The notes under the pieces: model-generated
Seen by the model: only the letters and a program-made list of their open reading frames with translations
Database searches by the model: none
Told to the model about the DNA's origin: nothing
Assembly: GCA_035637095.1 (NCBI GenBank)
Contig: DASPXX010000275.1
Coordinates: 4,665 to 68,664 of the forward strand
DNA length: 64,000 nucleotides
Source of the DNA: Thermoanaerobaculia bacterium
GTDB lineage: Bacteria; Acidobacteriota; Thermoanaerobaculia; Multivoradales; UBA5704
Direction of reading: 5' to 3'
Shown: positions 1 to 8,581 of the stretch, piece by piece
How positions within the stretch are numbered: position 1 is the stretch's first letter
Layout of the letters: each line of letters opens with the position of its first letter
Program-made: the position numbers and the translations under genes

Positions 1-174
1 TACACCTGCACCCCGCCGGGCTCGGGAGTCCGCGTCGGAATCGATCGCGACGAGGACGGTATCCTCGACGGCGACGAAGAGGACGCCGGAAGCGATCCGG
101 CAAACGCGACGAGCACGGTCCGCGCGAGCGGCGGAGGGAGCAAGGCGGCGGCGTGCTCGGCGGCCGCGGGCTGA
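1..174 (+). CDS. 3' end of a CDS entering from upstream (acidic Asp-rich, calcium-binding-like tail)
   Basis: Frame 1 is open from the window edge to TGA at 172-174. It reads ...VGIDRDEDGILDGDEEDAGSDP..., a DxDxDG-type acidic motif. Only 57 codons are visible. Confidence 0.3.
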   Translation, partial: YTCTPPGSGVRVGIDRDEDGILDGDEEDAGSDPANATSTVRASGGGSKAAACSAAAG

Positions 175-283
175 GCCCGGCCGCCTCCATCGCCTTTGGC
201 GTGGTTCAAGCACGCTCATGCGGGTGCCTGGATGGTCGCCCACCCAGGCACCCACAGATCTTGTGAGCCCGCCGCCTTCTCGA

Positions 284-562
284 TCAGACCGCTTCGACAA
301 GCTTCTTCAGCTTGGGATCGACTCGGTACTTCCGGTCCATCTGGAATGTCTTCGGATCGACGTGCAGAGCCTTCGCCTTGGACAGGTCGACCCCTTTCTT
401 GGCGTGGCGCCGGGCGTACTCGAGAGCCGTCTTCTCGAGAGCCTCGCGGCTGGGGAGCTCGACACCCGCGTCGGCCTCGCAGTAGTGGCCGTGGACGATG
501 GTGCCGGTCGCCGGATCGAAAAGTACGACGACGGCATGCTGAGTTGTCGCTTCATTTGGCAT
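284..562 (-). CDS. hypothetical small protein (92 aa)
   Basis: Lies in ORF 284..574. The ATG at 562 sits 6 nt after GGAGG (GGAGGAAGATATG) and 12 nt after the stop of the upstream ORF. No family recognised. Visibly lower G+C than the flanks. Confidence 0.55.
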   Translation of the reverse strand: MPNEATTQHAVVVLFDPATGTIVHGHYCEADAGVELPSREALEKTALEYARRHAKKGVDLSKAKALHVDPKTFQMDRKYRVDPKLKKLVEAV

Positions 563-574
563 ATCTTCCTCCAA

Positions 575-892
575 TCAGCCGAAGAACAGAATCATCGCGG
601 TCGGGTTGTTGAAGCTGTGATCGCAGTAGAGAGCCCAGGTGATCTTGGTGCACTTCGTCGCCCCGACCCCCATGAAGTGTCCCGTCTTGGAAACGCCGTT
701 ATCCGTGAACTGCGAGACGTAAGCCTCCGTGACGGTCTCGTCATCGCTCTCGGAGATAAACCGAAGCAATGGGACAGCCAGAAGGTTTTGAGGGCTGTTG
801 AACGTCTGGATCTTTTCAAAGGTCCAGCTGGTGCCGATAGTCCCAACCAGGGAGCTGAAAACGCTGAACGCGGCTGCGCCTGCCACAGACAT
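575..892 (-). CDS. hypothetical protein (105 aa)
   Basis: ORF with AAAGGAGAA 5 nt upstream of the ATG at 892. Tightly followed by the 284..562 gene. No family recognised. Lower G+C. Confidence 0.55.
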   Translation of the reverse strand: MSVAGAAAFSVFSSLVGTIGTSWTFEKIQTFNSPQNLLAVPLLRFISESDDETVTEAYVSQFTDNGVSKTGHFMGVGATKCTKITWALYCDHSFNNPTAMILFFG

Positions 893-1007
893 AAGTTCTC
901 CTTTTCGTGCAATCTATAAGAGAACGGCCCCAAGCCGTTCGTCTCTGATTCACCGGAGACAGGCGTCGCAACCGGTCGGAATGTTACTACGGCGAAAGGT
1001 TTTATCT

Positions 1008-2366
1008 CTACGAGGTCGAGGAGCTCGGCTTGACTGCCAGTGCCACCACCCGCCCGATCAGTCCCAGAGCCAGCAGCCCCAGCGCCTTCACCGCGCTCGC
1101 CGTGTCGCTGACCAGCACGCCGGCAAGAAAGACGACCGCGCCCACGACGACGATGCCGGCCGACCAGGGATAACCCCAGGCGCGGAACGGCCGGACAAGG
1201 CCGGGCTCCCGCCGCCGCAGCACCACCAGCGCGAGACAGGAGACGCAGTAGTTCACGGCCAGGAAGACCGAAGCCAGCGCGATGAGCTTCTGGAACGTGC
1301 CGGACGCGATGAGGATGAGCGCTGCGACGGTCGTGACGATGGTCGCGACGTCGGGTGTGCCTCCCGGGTTGACCGACGCCGTGCGCGGCGAGACGAGCCC
1401 GTCGCGTCCCATCGCGAACAGGATCCTCGTACCGATCATCAGAATCGCATTGAGCAACGGCAGGAGCGAGATCACCGAGAGCACCGTGATGATCTGCCTC
1501 CCCCGATCGCCGGCGATGATCGCCGCCGCATCCGCGCCCGGCAGCGTCGACTTCGCGAGATCCGGAATGGGCAGCACGTTCAAGAGCGCGAGGTTGACGA
1601 GCAGGTACACGACGATGACCGAGACGACGCCGCCGACCATGGCGCGCGGCAGGTGGCGCGCGGGGTCACGATCTTCCTCGGTGAAGTAGAGCGCGCTCTG
1701 CCAGCCGCCGTAAGCGATCACGACGGCTTGCAGTGCCAGGATGACGCCGGTCAACGTGAGGCCGCGCGCGTCCGTCGCAGCCGGCAACCCGGGGGCCTCC
1801 GCGGGCCTGTGCAGGAGCGCTGCGACGACGAGCGCAAGAAAGGCAAGAAACTTGACCGCCGTCGTCGCTTCCTGGAATCGAGCGCTCACCTTGAGGCCCA
1901 CCCACTGGAGCGCCACCATTGCAAGGAGCGTGACGACCGCCAGGGGCCGCACCCAGCCGGCGAGCCCCGGCACGAGCACGCCGATGAATTCGGCGAGGCC
2001 GATCGAGACGTAGGCGAGCACCGTGCAGTAGGTGAGCCAGTCCGTCCAGCCGACGCCGAAACCGACCCAGTTGCCGAATCCGCGCCGCGCGTACGCGTAA
2101 TACCCACCCGTCTCCGGCAGCATCGTGCCCAGCTCGGCCAGGCACACCGCTCCGAGCAGCGTGTAGAGACCGCCGACCAGCCAGAGAACCAGGATGGCGG
2201 ACGAGCTCTGCAGGTTGCCCGCGACGAGCCCCGGCGTGCGCAGGATACCCACGCCGATCGTGCTGCCGATGATGACCGCGAGCCCGAAGCCCAAGCCGAG
2301 CAAGCGGCGGAGATGGCCTACAGGAGTGCGAGCGGTTGACCCTTGCATTTCCTCGTAGCGTAGCAC
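1008..2366 (-). CDS. APC-family amino acid permease
   Basis: 452 aa and about 12 hydrophobic segments. The N-terminal ...GLAVIIGSTIGVGILRTPG... is typical of amino acid/polyamine permeases. Confidence 0.9.
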   Translation of the reverse strand: MLRYEEMQGSTARTPVGHLRRLLGLGFGLAVIIGSTIGVGILRTPGLVAGNLQSSSAILVLWLVGGLYTLLGAVCLAELGTMLPETGGYYAYARRGFGNWVGFGVGWTDWLTYCTVLAYVSIGLAEFIGVLVPGLAGWVRPLAVVTLLAMVALQWVGLKVSARFQEATTAVKFLAFLALVVAALLHRPAEAPGLPAATDARGLTLTGVILALQAVVIAYGGWQSALYFTEEDRDPARHLPRAMVGGVVSVIVVYLLVNLALLNVLPIPDLAKSTLPGADAAAIIAGDRGRQIITVLSVISLLPLLNAILMIGTRILFAMGRDGLVSPRTASVNPGGTPDVATIVTTVAALILIASGTFQKLIALASVFLAVNYCVSCLALVVLRRREPGLVRPFRAWGYPWSAGIVVVGAVVFLAGVLVSDTASAVKALGLLALGLIGRVVALAVKPSSSTS

Positions 2367-2469
2367 GGCGGCTCTCCGCCCGTGGTTGCCCCTGCTATTT
2401 GCCCGGAGGCTCGAAAATCGATCGCGCCGCAGCGTGCCCAGTCTTAGCCTGACCTGAACCTGGAGCTCT

Positions 2470-2670
2470 TCATTCCGGCGGATCTGGCAGACCGGGGAGC
2501 CTCCCCAGGAGGCGTCCCCGATTCTCCCCGCGATCCTCGCAGGCCGCGGTGGGCCGGGGACCGGTCTCCGTCGCTTCGCTGGCGACCTGCCGGCCGGAGA
2601 CGAACCGCATGGGATCGCCGCTTGTAGCGGGCGCCGTCCCGGTTTTCGCGCTTCGAGAGATCCGTTTCAT
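2470..2670 (-). CDS. small hypothetical protein (66 aa)
   Basis: ATG at 2670 is preceded by AAGGAGGAAGAT, the same 13-mer GGAGGAAGATATG as at gene 284..562. It starts 15 nt after the stop of the 2685..3884 gene. Low-complexity sequence, no family recognised. Confidence 0.4.
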   Translation of the reverse strand: MKRISRSAKTGTAPATSGDPMRFVSGRQVASEATETGPRPTAACEDRGENRGRLLGRLPGLPDPPE

Positions 2671-2684
2671 ATCTTCCTCCTTGG

Positions 2685-3884
2685 CTAATCGCCCAGATCT
2701 TGATAGACGGTCAGATAGGCGAGCCGCAGGCCCGCGTCATGCCATGCATAGAAGTCGTCGATGAGCACCGTGTCTGCACAGGCGTAGGAGAGGCTGTTGC
2801 CTTGCAGGCCGTCGTGCCAGATGCCGGACCACAGCGTCTGCCCGCCCACGTCGTAGGCCTCCAAGGATATGAGGCAACTCGTGGGGTACTGCTCCTCCCA
2901 CACTTGGAGGAAGCGCGCGAGCGACATGTCACGCTCGAAGTAGGACCCGACGGGGGCGGGATGGCAAAGGCCGGCCCAGAGGAGCTGGTCACCGGAGAAA
3001 TAGGGCTTGGCGATCGACAAGGGCGCCCCGGCGTCGAAGATCTCCTGGGTCTTGGCAGTGAAGTCGTCGGGCGGGTAGCCCCAGAGGAAGACGTGGTCGT
3101 CGCTCCGGCCGAGCTGCCAGACACCCGTCCAGAACCGATCTCCGCTCTCCTCGTAGGTCGAGAAGTCGATCAGGCAGTCCTTGCCATAGTGGTTGCCAAA
3201 CTCGGCGACGAAGGCATCGGTCGTGAGCTTACGCTCGAGGTGCGTCTCGAAGCCGCTCCGGTATACGGCCGACCACCGCCGCTGACCAGCGGTCTCCTGC
3301 GAGGTGATCTGGGTGATCGTGAGGCCCGACGCAAGCATGCCGGCATGGGAGGCGAGAAAGTCGTCCTCCGCAAGGCCGGCGATGACGCCATGGGCATCGT
3401 CCGCCTCGATGAAGGTGGCGGCCCAAGACATGACGGTGTTCACGATCAGGCCACCGCCAGTGGTCTGGCCGAGCTCGACCGTGCCTTCGGGGAAGCAACC
3501 GACAGTGAACGCGCCGGGCACTCCATCGAGGACGAACCGCACATAGGTCTCGTCGATGTGATTGCTGCCTGAGTCCGAGTCGCTCGTACCGTTGAAGTCC
3601 ACCCGGATCTTGAACGTGTCGGCGCCGGCGAACGGATTGCTCCAGTCCAGGAAAACGTGGCCCACGTTCGCCCCGTTCATCACGACGACGAACTGCGCGT
3701 TTCCCTCGACTCCGAAAAAGGGAATCGAGGCATTGTCGCAGCCCCACTGACCCGTCGTACCCGGATCGATCTGGACAGGGGGCGCCTGCCATTCGTCCGC
3801 GTCGAAGTTGAAGTCGCTCCTGAACAGCGTCGCTTCCGTTCGGTTTTCGAAGAACACCTGCACACTTCGAGTGGTGATTCCCAT
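2685..3884 (-). CDS. two-part protein: aegerolysin-like beta-sandwich N-domain plus W-rich tandem-repeat C-domain (BTRD1/polyglycine-hydrolase-repeat-like)
   Basis: 399 aa. The N-terminus (SVQVFFENRTEATL...GQWGC...GVEGNAQFVV...SNPFAGADTFKIRV) resembles small pore-former/aegerolysin folds. The C-half has four spaced repeats: RRWSAVYRSG, DRFWTGVWQLG, DQLLWAGLCH, GQTLWSGIWHDG. SD GGAGGGAAAGG lies upstream. Confidence 0.7.
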   Translation of the reverse strand: MGITTRSVQVFFENRTEATLFRSDFNFDADEWQAPPVQIDPGTTGQWGCDNASIPFFGVEGNAQFVVVMNGANVGHVFLDWSNPFAGADTFKIRVDFNGTSDSDSGSNHIDETYVRFVLDGVPGAFTVGCFPEGTVELGQTTGGGLIVNTVMSWAATFIEADDAHGVIAGLAEDDFLASHAGMLASGLTITQITSQETAGQRRWSAVYRSGFETHLERKLTTDAFVAEFGNHYGKDCLIDFSTYEESGDRFWTGVWQLGRSDDHVFLWGYPPDDFTAKTQEIFDAGAPLSIAKPYFSGDQLLWAGLCHPAPVGSYFERDMSLARFLQVWEEQYPTSCLISLEAYDVGGQTLWSGIWHDGLQGNSLSYACADTVLIDDFYAWHDAGLRLAYLTVYQDLGD

Positions 3885-4005
3885 AGGTCCTTTCCCTCCA
3901 GCGGGCGGATGGAGGTGCCCGCTGCAAGGTAAGGCTCTCCTTCAGGTCCTTTCGTTACACATGAAGGATGGCGACAGCTTCAGTGACCCGGGCCCCGGGG
4001 GCGAG

Positions 4006-5542
4006 CTAGAAGAGCGTGTAGCTCAGATACAGCTTGAACTTCATGCCTTCCGGGCCGATTACATCCCAGCGGAAATACTGCGGCTTGGTCGCCGAGGTGC
4101 TCAGGGAATCAAAGATGATGTCGCCGTAGGCACCATCCGAGAAGATCAAAACGGGAGCAAAGTCCCACGGCCCGTCGGGCGTCGGAGCAGCCTCCAGCAC
4201 CAGATCGACCCCGTCCGTCCCGATGTCACTATGCTCGAGATGCGCGCGCATTCTCATTTTACGGCTGACCGAAAAATACGCCTTCCCGTCGGCCTGGACC
4301 GGAAGGCTGACCAGGTCTGACTCTTCCGGAATCATACCGCTGTACAGGTTCTCCGTCGGCCAACCCGACTGTTTGCTCGGCCAGACGGGGTTGGTAAAGA
4401 ACGTGTGATCGGTGCGGCCGTTCGCGCACACCTTGCCGCGGTTGGTTCCGCATTGCTTCGAGCCGTCGCTGTTGAAGCTATGGGGGCCGTCGAGAAAATA
4501 AGCTCCCGGCGAACCGTCCGCCTGCGTCTCACACGCGACCCTTCCTGCACAATCCGGCGTTTCCAGCACTGCGCCGTTCGCGCACCGCTGGCTCACCGGA
4601 TCCGGTGCCATCCCGGAAAAGACTGTATATGCCACCCGATAGTTTTCGTCACTCTTCTGACAGGATGTATATTTCGTATTGGTGCACCACTTGGGGCAGC
4701 GGTCCCGCATGCCGTCGAATTCCCAATTGTTCTTGCCTGACCTCTGGCAAAGCACCTGCTGGTATTTGACCAGGAGACTTTCGTTCGGCCTGTCCACCGG
4801 GGCCGGGACGGCCGGGCAGAACGTCCCGTCGTTCCGCTTGGTGGCCCTCCCGCGCAGAGCCCGGCCCTTCGCCGCCCAGGCGACGGCTCTCTGCCCACCG
4901 ACGTTCTCGAGGTTGGCCTCACCGAAGAGCATGAATGACAATCCATTGATCGTGTTGAGATCCTCGGCGAGCTTGTTTCCTTCGCCACCGTCCTCGAAAC
5001 CTTCGAACTGCAGATGATATTTGCGCTGGAGCTCGCTGCCCGGAATCCGCAGCTCCTGGTGCGAAGCATAGAAGCGGTCCAGTGGAAGGGCGCCATCGCC
5101 CGACTTCTTCCGATAGAGCGCGTAGTAGTCGTCTGCTTCCTGGAGCCGTCCGAGCTTTTCCAACACGACCCCGTGCAGAAGATCCAACGTGTAGTCGGCA
5201 TAGGTCTCGGCGGGGATCAGGGCCAGCGCCTCTTGCGGCCGACCATGACGCAACAGCCATCGTCCGTATTCATGGATGGGATCACCCTCTTCTCCCGGCC
5301 GCGTCAGCGCCAGCTCATAGGCGGCACGATAGGCCGATTCGGCGCGGGGATCGCTCATGGGACGCCACAGCCTGGCGCAACAGCTGGATCGCCTCTCCGT
5401 GCTCGCCGGCGTCACTGAGCCGGCTGCTCTCCTCAACGAGGTCCAGGCTCTGAGCCATCGCGGCTCGCGAAGGGATCAGCAAAGCGCTGATCAGGAGCGA
5501 AAGGACGGTGAACGGCAACATCTGGAGCATCGACGGACGCAT
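4006..5542 (-). pseudogene. secreted TPR + Cys-rich (SleB/Hydrolase_2-like segment) protein with an interrupted frame (+1 shift near 5350-5365)
   Basis: ORF 5315..5542 has a strong SD, a signal peptide (MRPSMLQMLPFTVLSLLISALLIPSRAAMA) and TPR-like text ...AIQLLRQAVAS. That text continues sensibly in the +1 frame as SDPRAESAYRAAYELAL... of ORF 4006..5436. GEANLENVGGQRAVAWAAKGRA resembles the cell-wall hydrolase motif. There are many Cys residues. Confidence 0.6.
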
Positions 5543-5625
5543 GGCTTCCTCCCCCCAACTGACAAGGCCGGCTACACCTCGACCTCAGTGGGCTACAACG
5601 AGAGACACTCCCGGACCCAGAATGT

Positions 5626-6174
5626 TTAAGGCAGACCTGTCCGGAGAGAGCCGGATCGCGCCGCAACCAGCTCTGCCGCGGATAGCGCATCGACACCCTG
5701 GACGTCGCCCGTGACGACGCGCCGGTGGTAGCTGACCTGCCCGAGGTGGTAGGCGAGATGCACGGCGAGTTGAATCAGGAATTCATCCGTCTGCAGATGA
5801 TGGTCCCGGATCGGCTCGGGAAAGGGCTCCGCCATCTGCTCTGCGCTCAGTTGGGAAAGCGTGGATTCGATCGCCTTTTCGGCCTCCGCGAGCTGGTCGA
5901 GGAGCGCTGCGCGGGGAACGTTCCGCGCAGCGAACTCCTCGGGCCGGTTCCGGATGTAGCCGGTGCCCCCGAGAATGGCACCCACGTAGTGCCGCAGGTT
6001 GCCTGCCAGATGGAGGGCGAGGGTTCCGGCCGAGTTCGGCAGCCCGGGCGGGAGCGCCCAGATCAGCTGCTCGTCGGGATACGCCTCGAGCTCCCGGCGA
6101 AGGGCGCGGAGCTCGCGCAGCAGAAAGTGTTCGATCAAAACTGGAAAGTGTGTTGCCATAGGATCTTCCCCCAC
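5626..6174 (-). CDS. DinB-family (DinB_2/DUF1572-like) metal-dependent protein
   Basis: 182 aa. Four-helix His pattern: ...TLALHLAGNLRHY...LAVHLAYHLGQV... Confidence 0.8.
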   Translation of the reverse strand: MGEDPMATHFPVLIEHFLLRELRALRRELEAYPDEQLIWALPPGLPNSAGTLALHLAGNLRHYVGAILGGTGYIRNRPEEFAARNVPRAALLDQLAEAEKAIESTLSQLSAEQMAEPFPEPIRDHHLQTDEFLIQLAVHLAYHLGQVSYHRRVVTGDVQGVDALSAAELVAARSGSLRTGLP

Positions 6175-6216
6175 CGATTCTCAAGATAGCACGAATGGCG
6201 TGATACCCTGCGGCCC

Positions 6217-7224
6217 GTGCTCAAGAGACTCCTCGGGCTCGCCTTGTTCCTCGCCGCCGTTCCGGCCGCCAGCCTCGACAGAGTCACCCTGGCCACCAAC
6301 TGGAAGGCCGAGGCCGAGCATGGCGGCTTCTATCAGGCCATCGCCACGGGCATCTACCGGCGCTATGGGCTCGATGTGACGCTGCGCATGGGAGGGCCGC
6401 AGGTCAACAATCCCCAGCTCCTCGCGGCCGGCGTGGTCGACTTCAACGTCGGCTCCTCCTCCTTCGACGCTTTCAACTACGTCAAGGCGAAGATCCCCAT
6501 GGTCACCGTGGCGGCGATCTTCCAGAAGGATCCCCAGGTCCTCCTGGCTCATCCCGGCCAGGGGAACGACACCCTGGAGGCGCTCAAGGGAAAGCCGATC
6601 CTGATCGCGCCGGCTGCCCGCCTCACCTTCTGGAATTTCCTCAAGATCCGCTACGGCTATACCGATGACCAGATCCGGGTCTATACCTTCAACATGGCCC
6701 CGTTCCTGGCGGACAAGAAGGCCATCCAGGAGGGTTACCTCACCAGCGAGCCGTACACCCTGCAGAAGGCGGGGATGAAGCCGGTGATCCACGTGCTCGC
6801 GGACCATGGGTTCGACAGCTATGCGACCACGATCGAATGCTCGTGGAAGCTGGTGCGCGAGAAGCCTGACCTGGTTCGACGCTTCGTCGACGCGAGCATC
6901 GAAGGGTGGTACAGCTATCTCTACGGCGATCCCCGGCCGGCCAACGCCCTGATCAAGAAGGACAATCCGGAGATGACCGACGACCTGCTCGCCTACGGCC
7001 TCGCCGCCATGAAGCGGCACGGCGTGGTCGACTCCGGCGACTCCCTGAAGCTCGGCATCGGCGCGATGAGCGATGCGCGCTGGAAGAGGTTCGCCGCCGA
7101 GATGATCCGGGCCGGTCTCTATCCTGCCAACCTCGATCTGTCCAAGGCCTACACGCTGCAGTTCGTGAACCGCAAGGTCGGAATGCAGCTCAAGCCACAG
7201 CCTCGTGTCCACTCCCGGCCCTGA
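6217..7224 (+). CDS. ABC transporter substrate-binding protein, NMT1/THI5 (nitrate/sulfonate/bicarbonate) type
   Basis: Signal peptide followed by VTLATNWKAEAEHGGFYQAIATGIYRRYGLDV..., typical of the NMT1-like SBP family. First gene of the ABC operon. Confidence 0.85.
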   Translation: MLKRLLGLALFLAAVPAASLDRVTLATNWKAEAEHGGFYQAIATGIYRRYGLDVTLRMGGPQVNNPQLLAAGVVDFNVGSSSFDAFNYVKAKIPMVTVAAIFQKDPQVLLAHPGQGNDTLEALKGKPILIAPAARLTFWNFLKIRYGYTDDQIRVYTFNMAPFLADKKAIQEGYLTSEPYTLQKAGMKPVIHVLADHGFDSYATTIECSWKLVREKPDLVRRFVDASIEGWYSYLYGDPRPANALIKKDNPEMTDDLLAYGLAAMKRHGVVDSGDSLKLGIGAMSDARWKRFAAEMIRAGLYPANLDLSKAYTLQFVNRKVGMQLKPQPRVHSRP

Positions 7225-8008
7225 CACCGAATCGATCGCCGAGCCGGTCGTCCGTCTGCGCGGGGTGGAGCAGCGGTTCGCCGGCGGAGTCACGGCGCTC
7301 GCCGCGCTCGACCTGGACGTCCGTCCCGGAGAATGGCTCAGCCTGCTGGGTCCCTCCGGCTGCGGCAAGAGCACGGCGCTGCGGCTGATCGCCGGTCTGG
7401 CGCGCCCCACGGCGGGGAGCGTCGAGCGGCGGCTGCAAGGGACGCACGGTGTCGGCGGTATCGGCGGTGTCGGCGACATCGGCTTCGTGTTCCAGGAGCC
7501 GACTCTCATGCCCTGGGCCACGGTCGAGGGTAACGTCGCCCTCCCCTTGCAGATCCTCGGCACCCCGCGCGCCGAGATCCGCACCCGTGTCGGGGAGCTG
7601 ATCGAGCGGGTGGGGCTCGCGGGGTTCGAGCGGGCGCGGCCGCGGGAGCTGTCGGGAGGGATGAAGATGCGGGTCTCGATCGCCCGCGCCCTGGCCGCCG
7701 CACCGCGGCTCCTGCTGCTCGACGAGCCTTTCGCGGCGCTCGACGAGATCACCCGGGCAAGGCTCAACGACGACCTGCTCGCTCTCTGGCAGGCGCAGGG
7801 TCTGACCGTGGTCTATGTCACCCACAGCGTCTGGGAATCGGTCTACCTCTCCACCCGCATCGCCATCCTCTCGTCGCGACCAGGCCGGGTCGTAGGAGAG
7901 GTCAAGGTGGATGCGCCCGCTCCGCGCGGGGCGGACTTCCGAGACTCCACGGCCTATCTGCACCTCTGCCGGCAGGTCTCGGAGATGCTGGCGGAGGCGA
8001 TGCGATGA
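7205..8008 (+). CDS. ABC transporter ATP-binding protein (NitT/TauT type)
   Basis: Walker [10 protein letters not shown], signature LSGGMKMRVSIARAL, Walker B LLLLDEPF. Confidence 0.9.
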   Translation: MSTPGPDTESIAEPVVRLRGVEQRFAGGVTALAALDLDVRPGEWLSLLGPSGCGKSTALRLIAGLARPTAGSVERRLQGTHGVGGIGGVGDIGFVFQEPTLMPWATVEGNVALPLQILGTPRAEIRTRVGELIERVGLAGFERARPRELSGGMKMRVSIARALAAAPRLLLLDEPFAALDEITRARLNDDLLALWQAQGLTVVYVTHSVWESVYLSTRIAILSSRPGRVVGEVKVDAPAPRGADFRDSTAYLHLCRQVSEMLAEAMR

Positions 8009-8025
8009 GCGCGCCGCGCTGGCGA

Positions 8026-8054
8026 TTGACTTGACGGTCTTGACGCTCTAGACT
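8026..8054 (+). promoter_or_regulatory. sigma-70-like promoter (TTGACT-17 bp-TAGACT) for the Xre/RES module, predicting a leaderless mRNA
   Basis: AT-rich patch in a GC-rich region: TTGACT (8026-8031), 17-bp spacer, TAGACT (8049-8054), then TTTTTC and the ATG at 8061. Three TTGAC copies (8026, 8031, 8040) could be operator repeats. Confidence 0.45.
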
Positions 8055-8060
8055 TTTTTC

Positions 8061-8567
8061 ATGTCTGAGGCCGCCGCCGTTGCTGCCCGCGCTTTCGAGC
8101 GAACGCTCGAGGAGCTGGAGCAGCAGGAAAACGCCCCTGTCCTGGGCGACCCCGCTGCGCTCGGTCGGCGTGCAGCGCTCCTGGCGGCGGCCGAAGCGGT
8201 TTGGGGCCGCCATCTCGGCCCGCTGTTCGATGTCGAGCAGGTCAAAGCCGTGCTCGCCGTCGGCAGCCGCCAAGCGGTCTCCGATCTCGCCAAGCGCGGC
8301 CGCCTCCTGGCTCTGGATGCCGCGGGAGGCCGCAAGCTCTACCCGGCGTTCCAGTTCGGACAGGATGGGCGACCGTATCCCGAGCTCGCGCCCATCCTTG
8401 CCAGCTTCGAGGGCGCCGTCGAGACTCCCTATACCGTGGCCTCGTGGCTTGTCAGCCCTCAGGATCTGCTGGAAGGGGAGACGCCGGCGGCCTGGATGCG
8501 CTCCCGACGCGACCCGGAGCGCCTTCTAGAAGCCGCCCGGCGCGCCGCCGCGGCGCTCGCCCACTAG
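8061..8567 (+). CDS. Xre-family antitoxin of a RES-Xre module (C-terminal DUF2384/toxin-binding-like domain)
   Basis: 168 aa. The C-terminal ...TPYTVASWLVSPQDLLEGETPAAWMRSRRDPERLLEAARR matches the antitoxin Xre/MbcA/ParS-type domain. Immediately upstream of a RES-domain ORF. Confidence 0.75.
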   Translation: MSEAAAVAARAFERTLEELEQQENAPVLGDPAALGRRAALLAAAEAVWGRHLGPLFDVEQVKAVLAVGSRQAVSDLAKRGRLLALDAAGGRKLYPAFQFGQDGRPYPELAPILASFEGAVETPYTVASWLVSPQDLLEGETPAAWMRSRRDPERLLEAARRAAAALAH

Positions 8568-8581
8568 CCAGGGGCCCTCCC

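Noticed and set aside
798-2339. Long ORFs antisense to, or out of frame with, well-supported genes. Examples: 798..2339, 6181..7767, 10338..11759, 31128..32741, 36461..38653, 38665..40800, 37297..40437 5' part, 52953..54851, 29031..30632.
   Set aside because: Their translations are Arg/Pro/Gly/Ala-rich low-complexity strings typical of stop-poor shadow frames in high-G+C DNA. The opposite or alternate frames carry unambiguous family motifs (permease, ABC, MFS, Pst, pyk, etc.).
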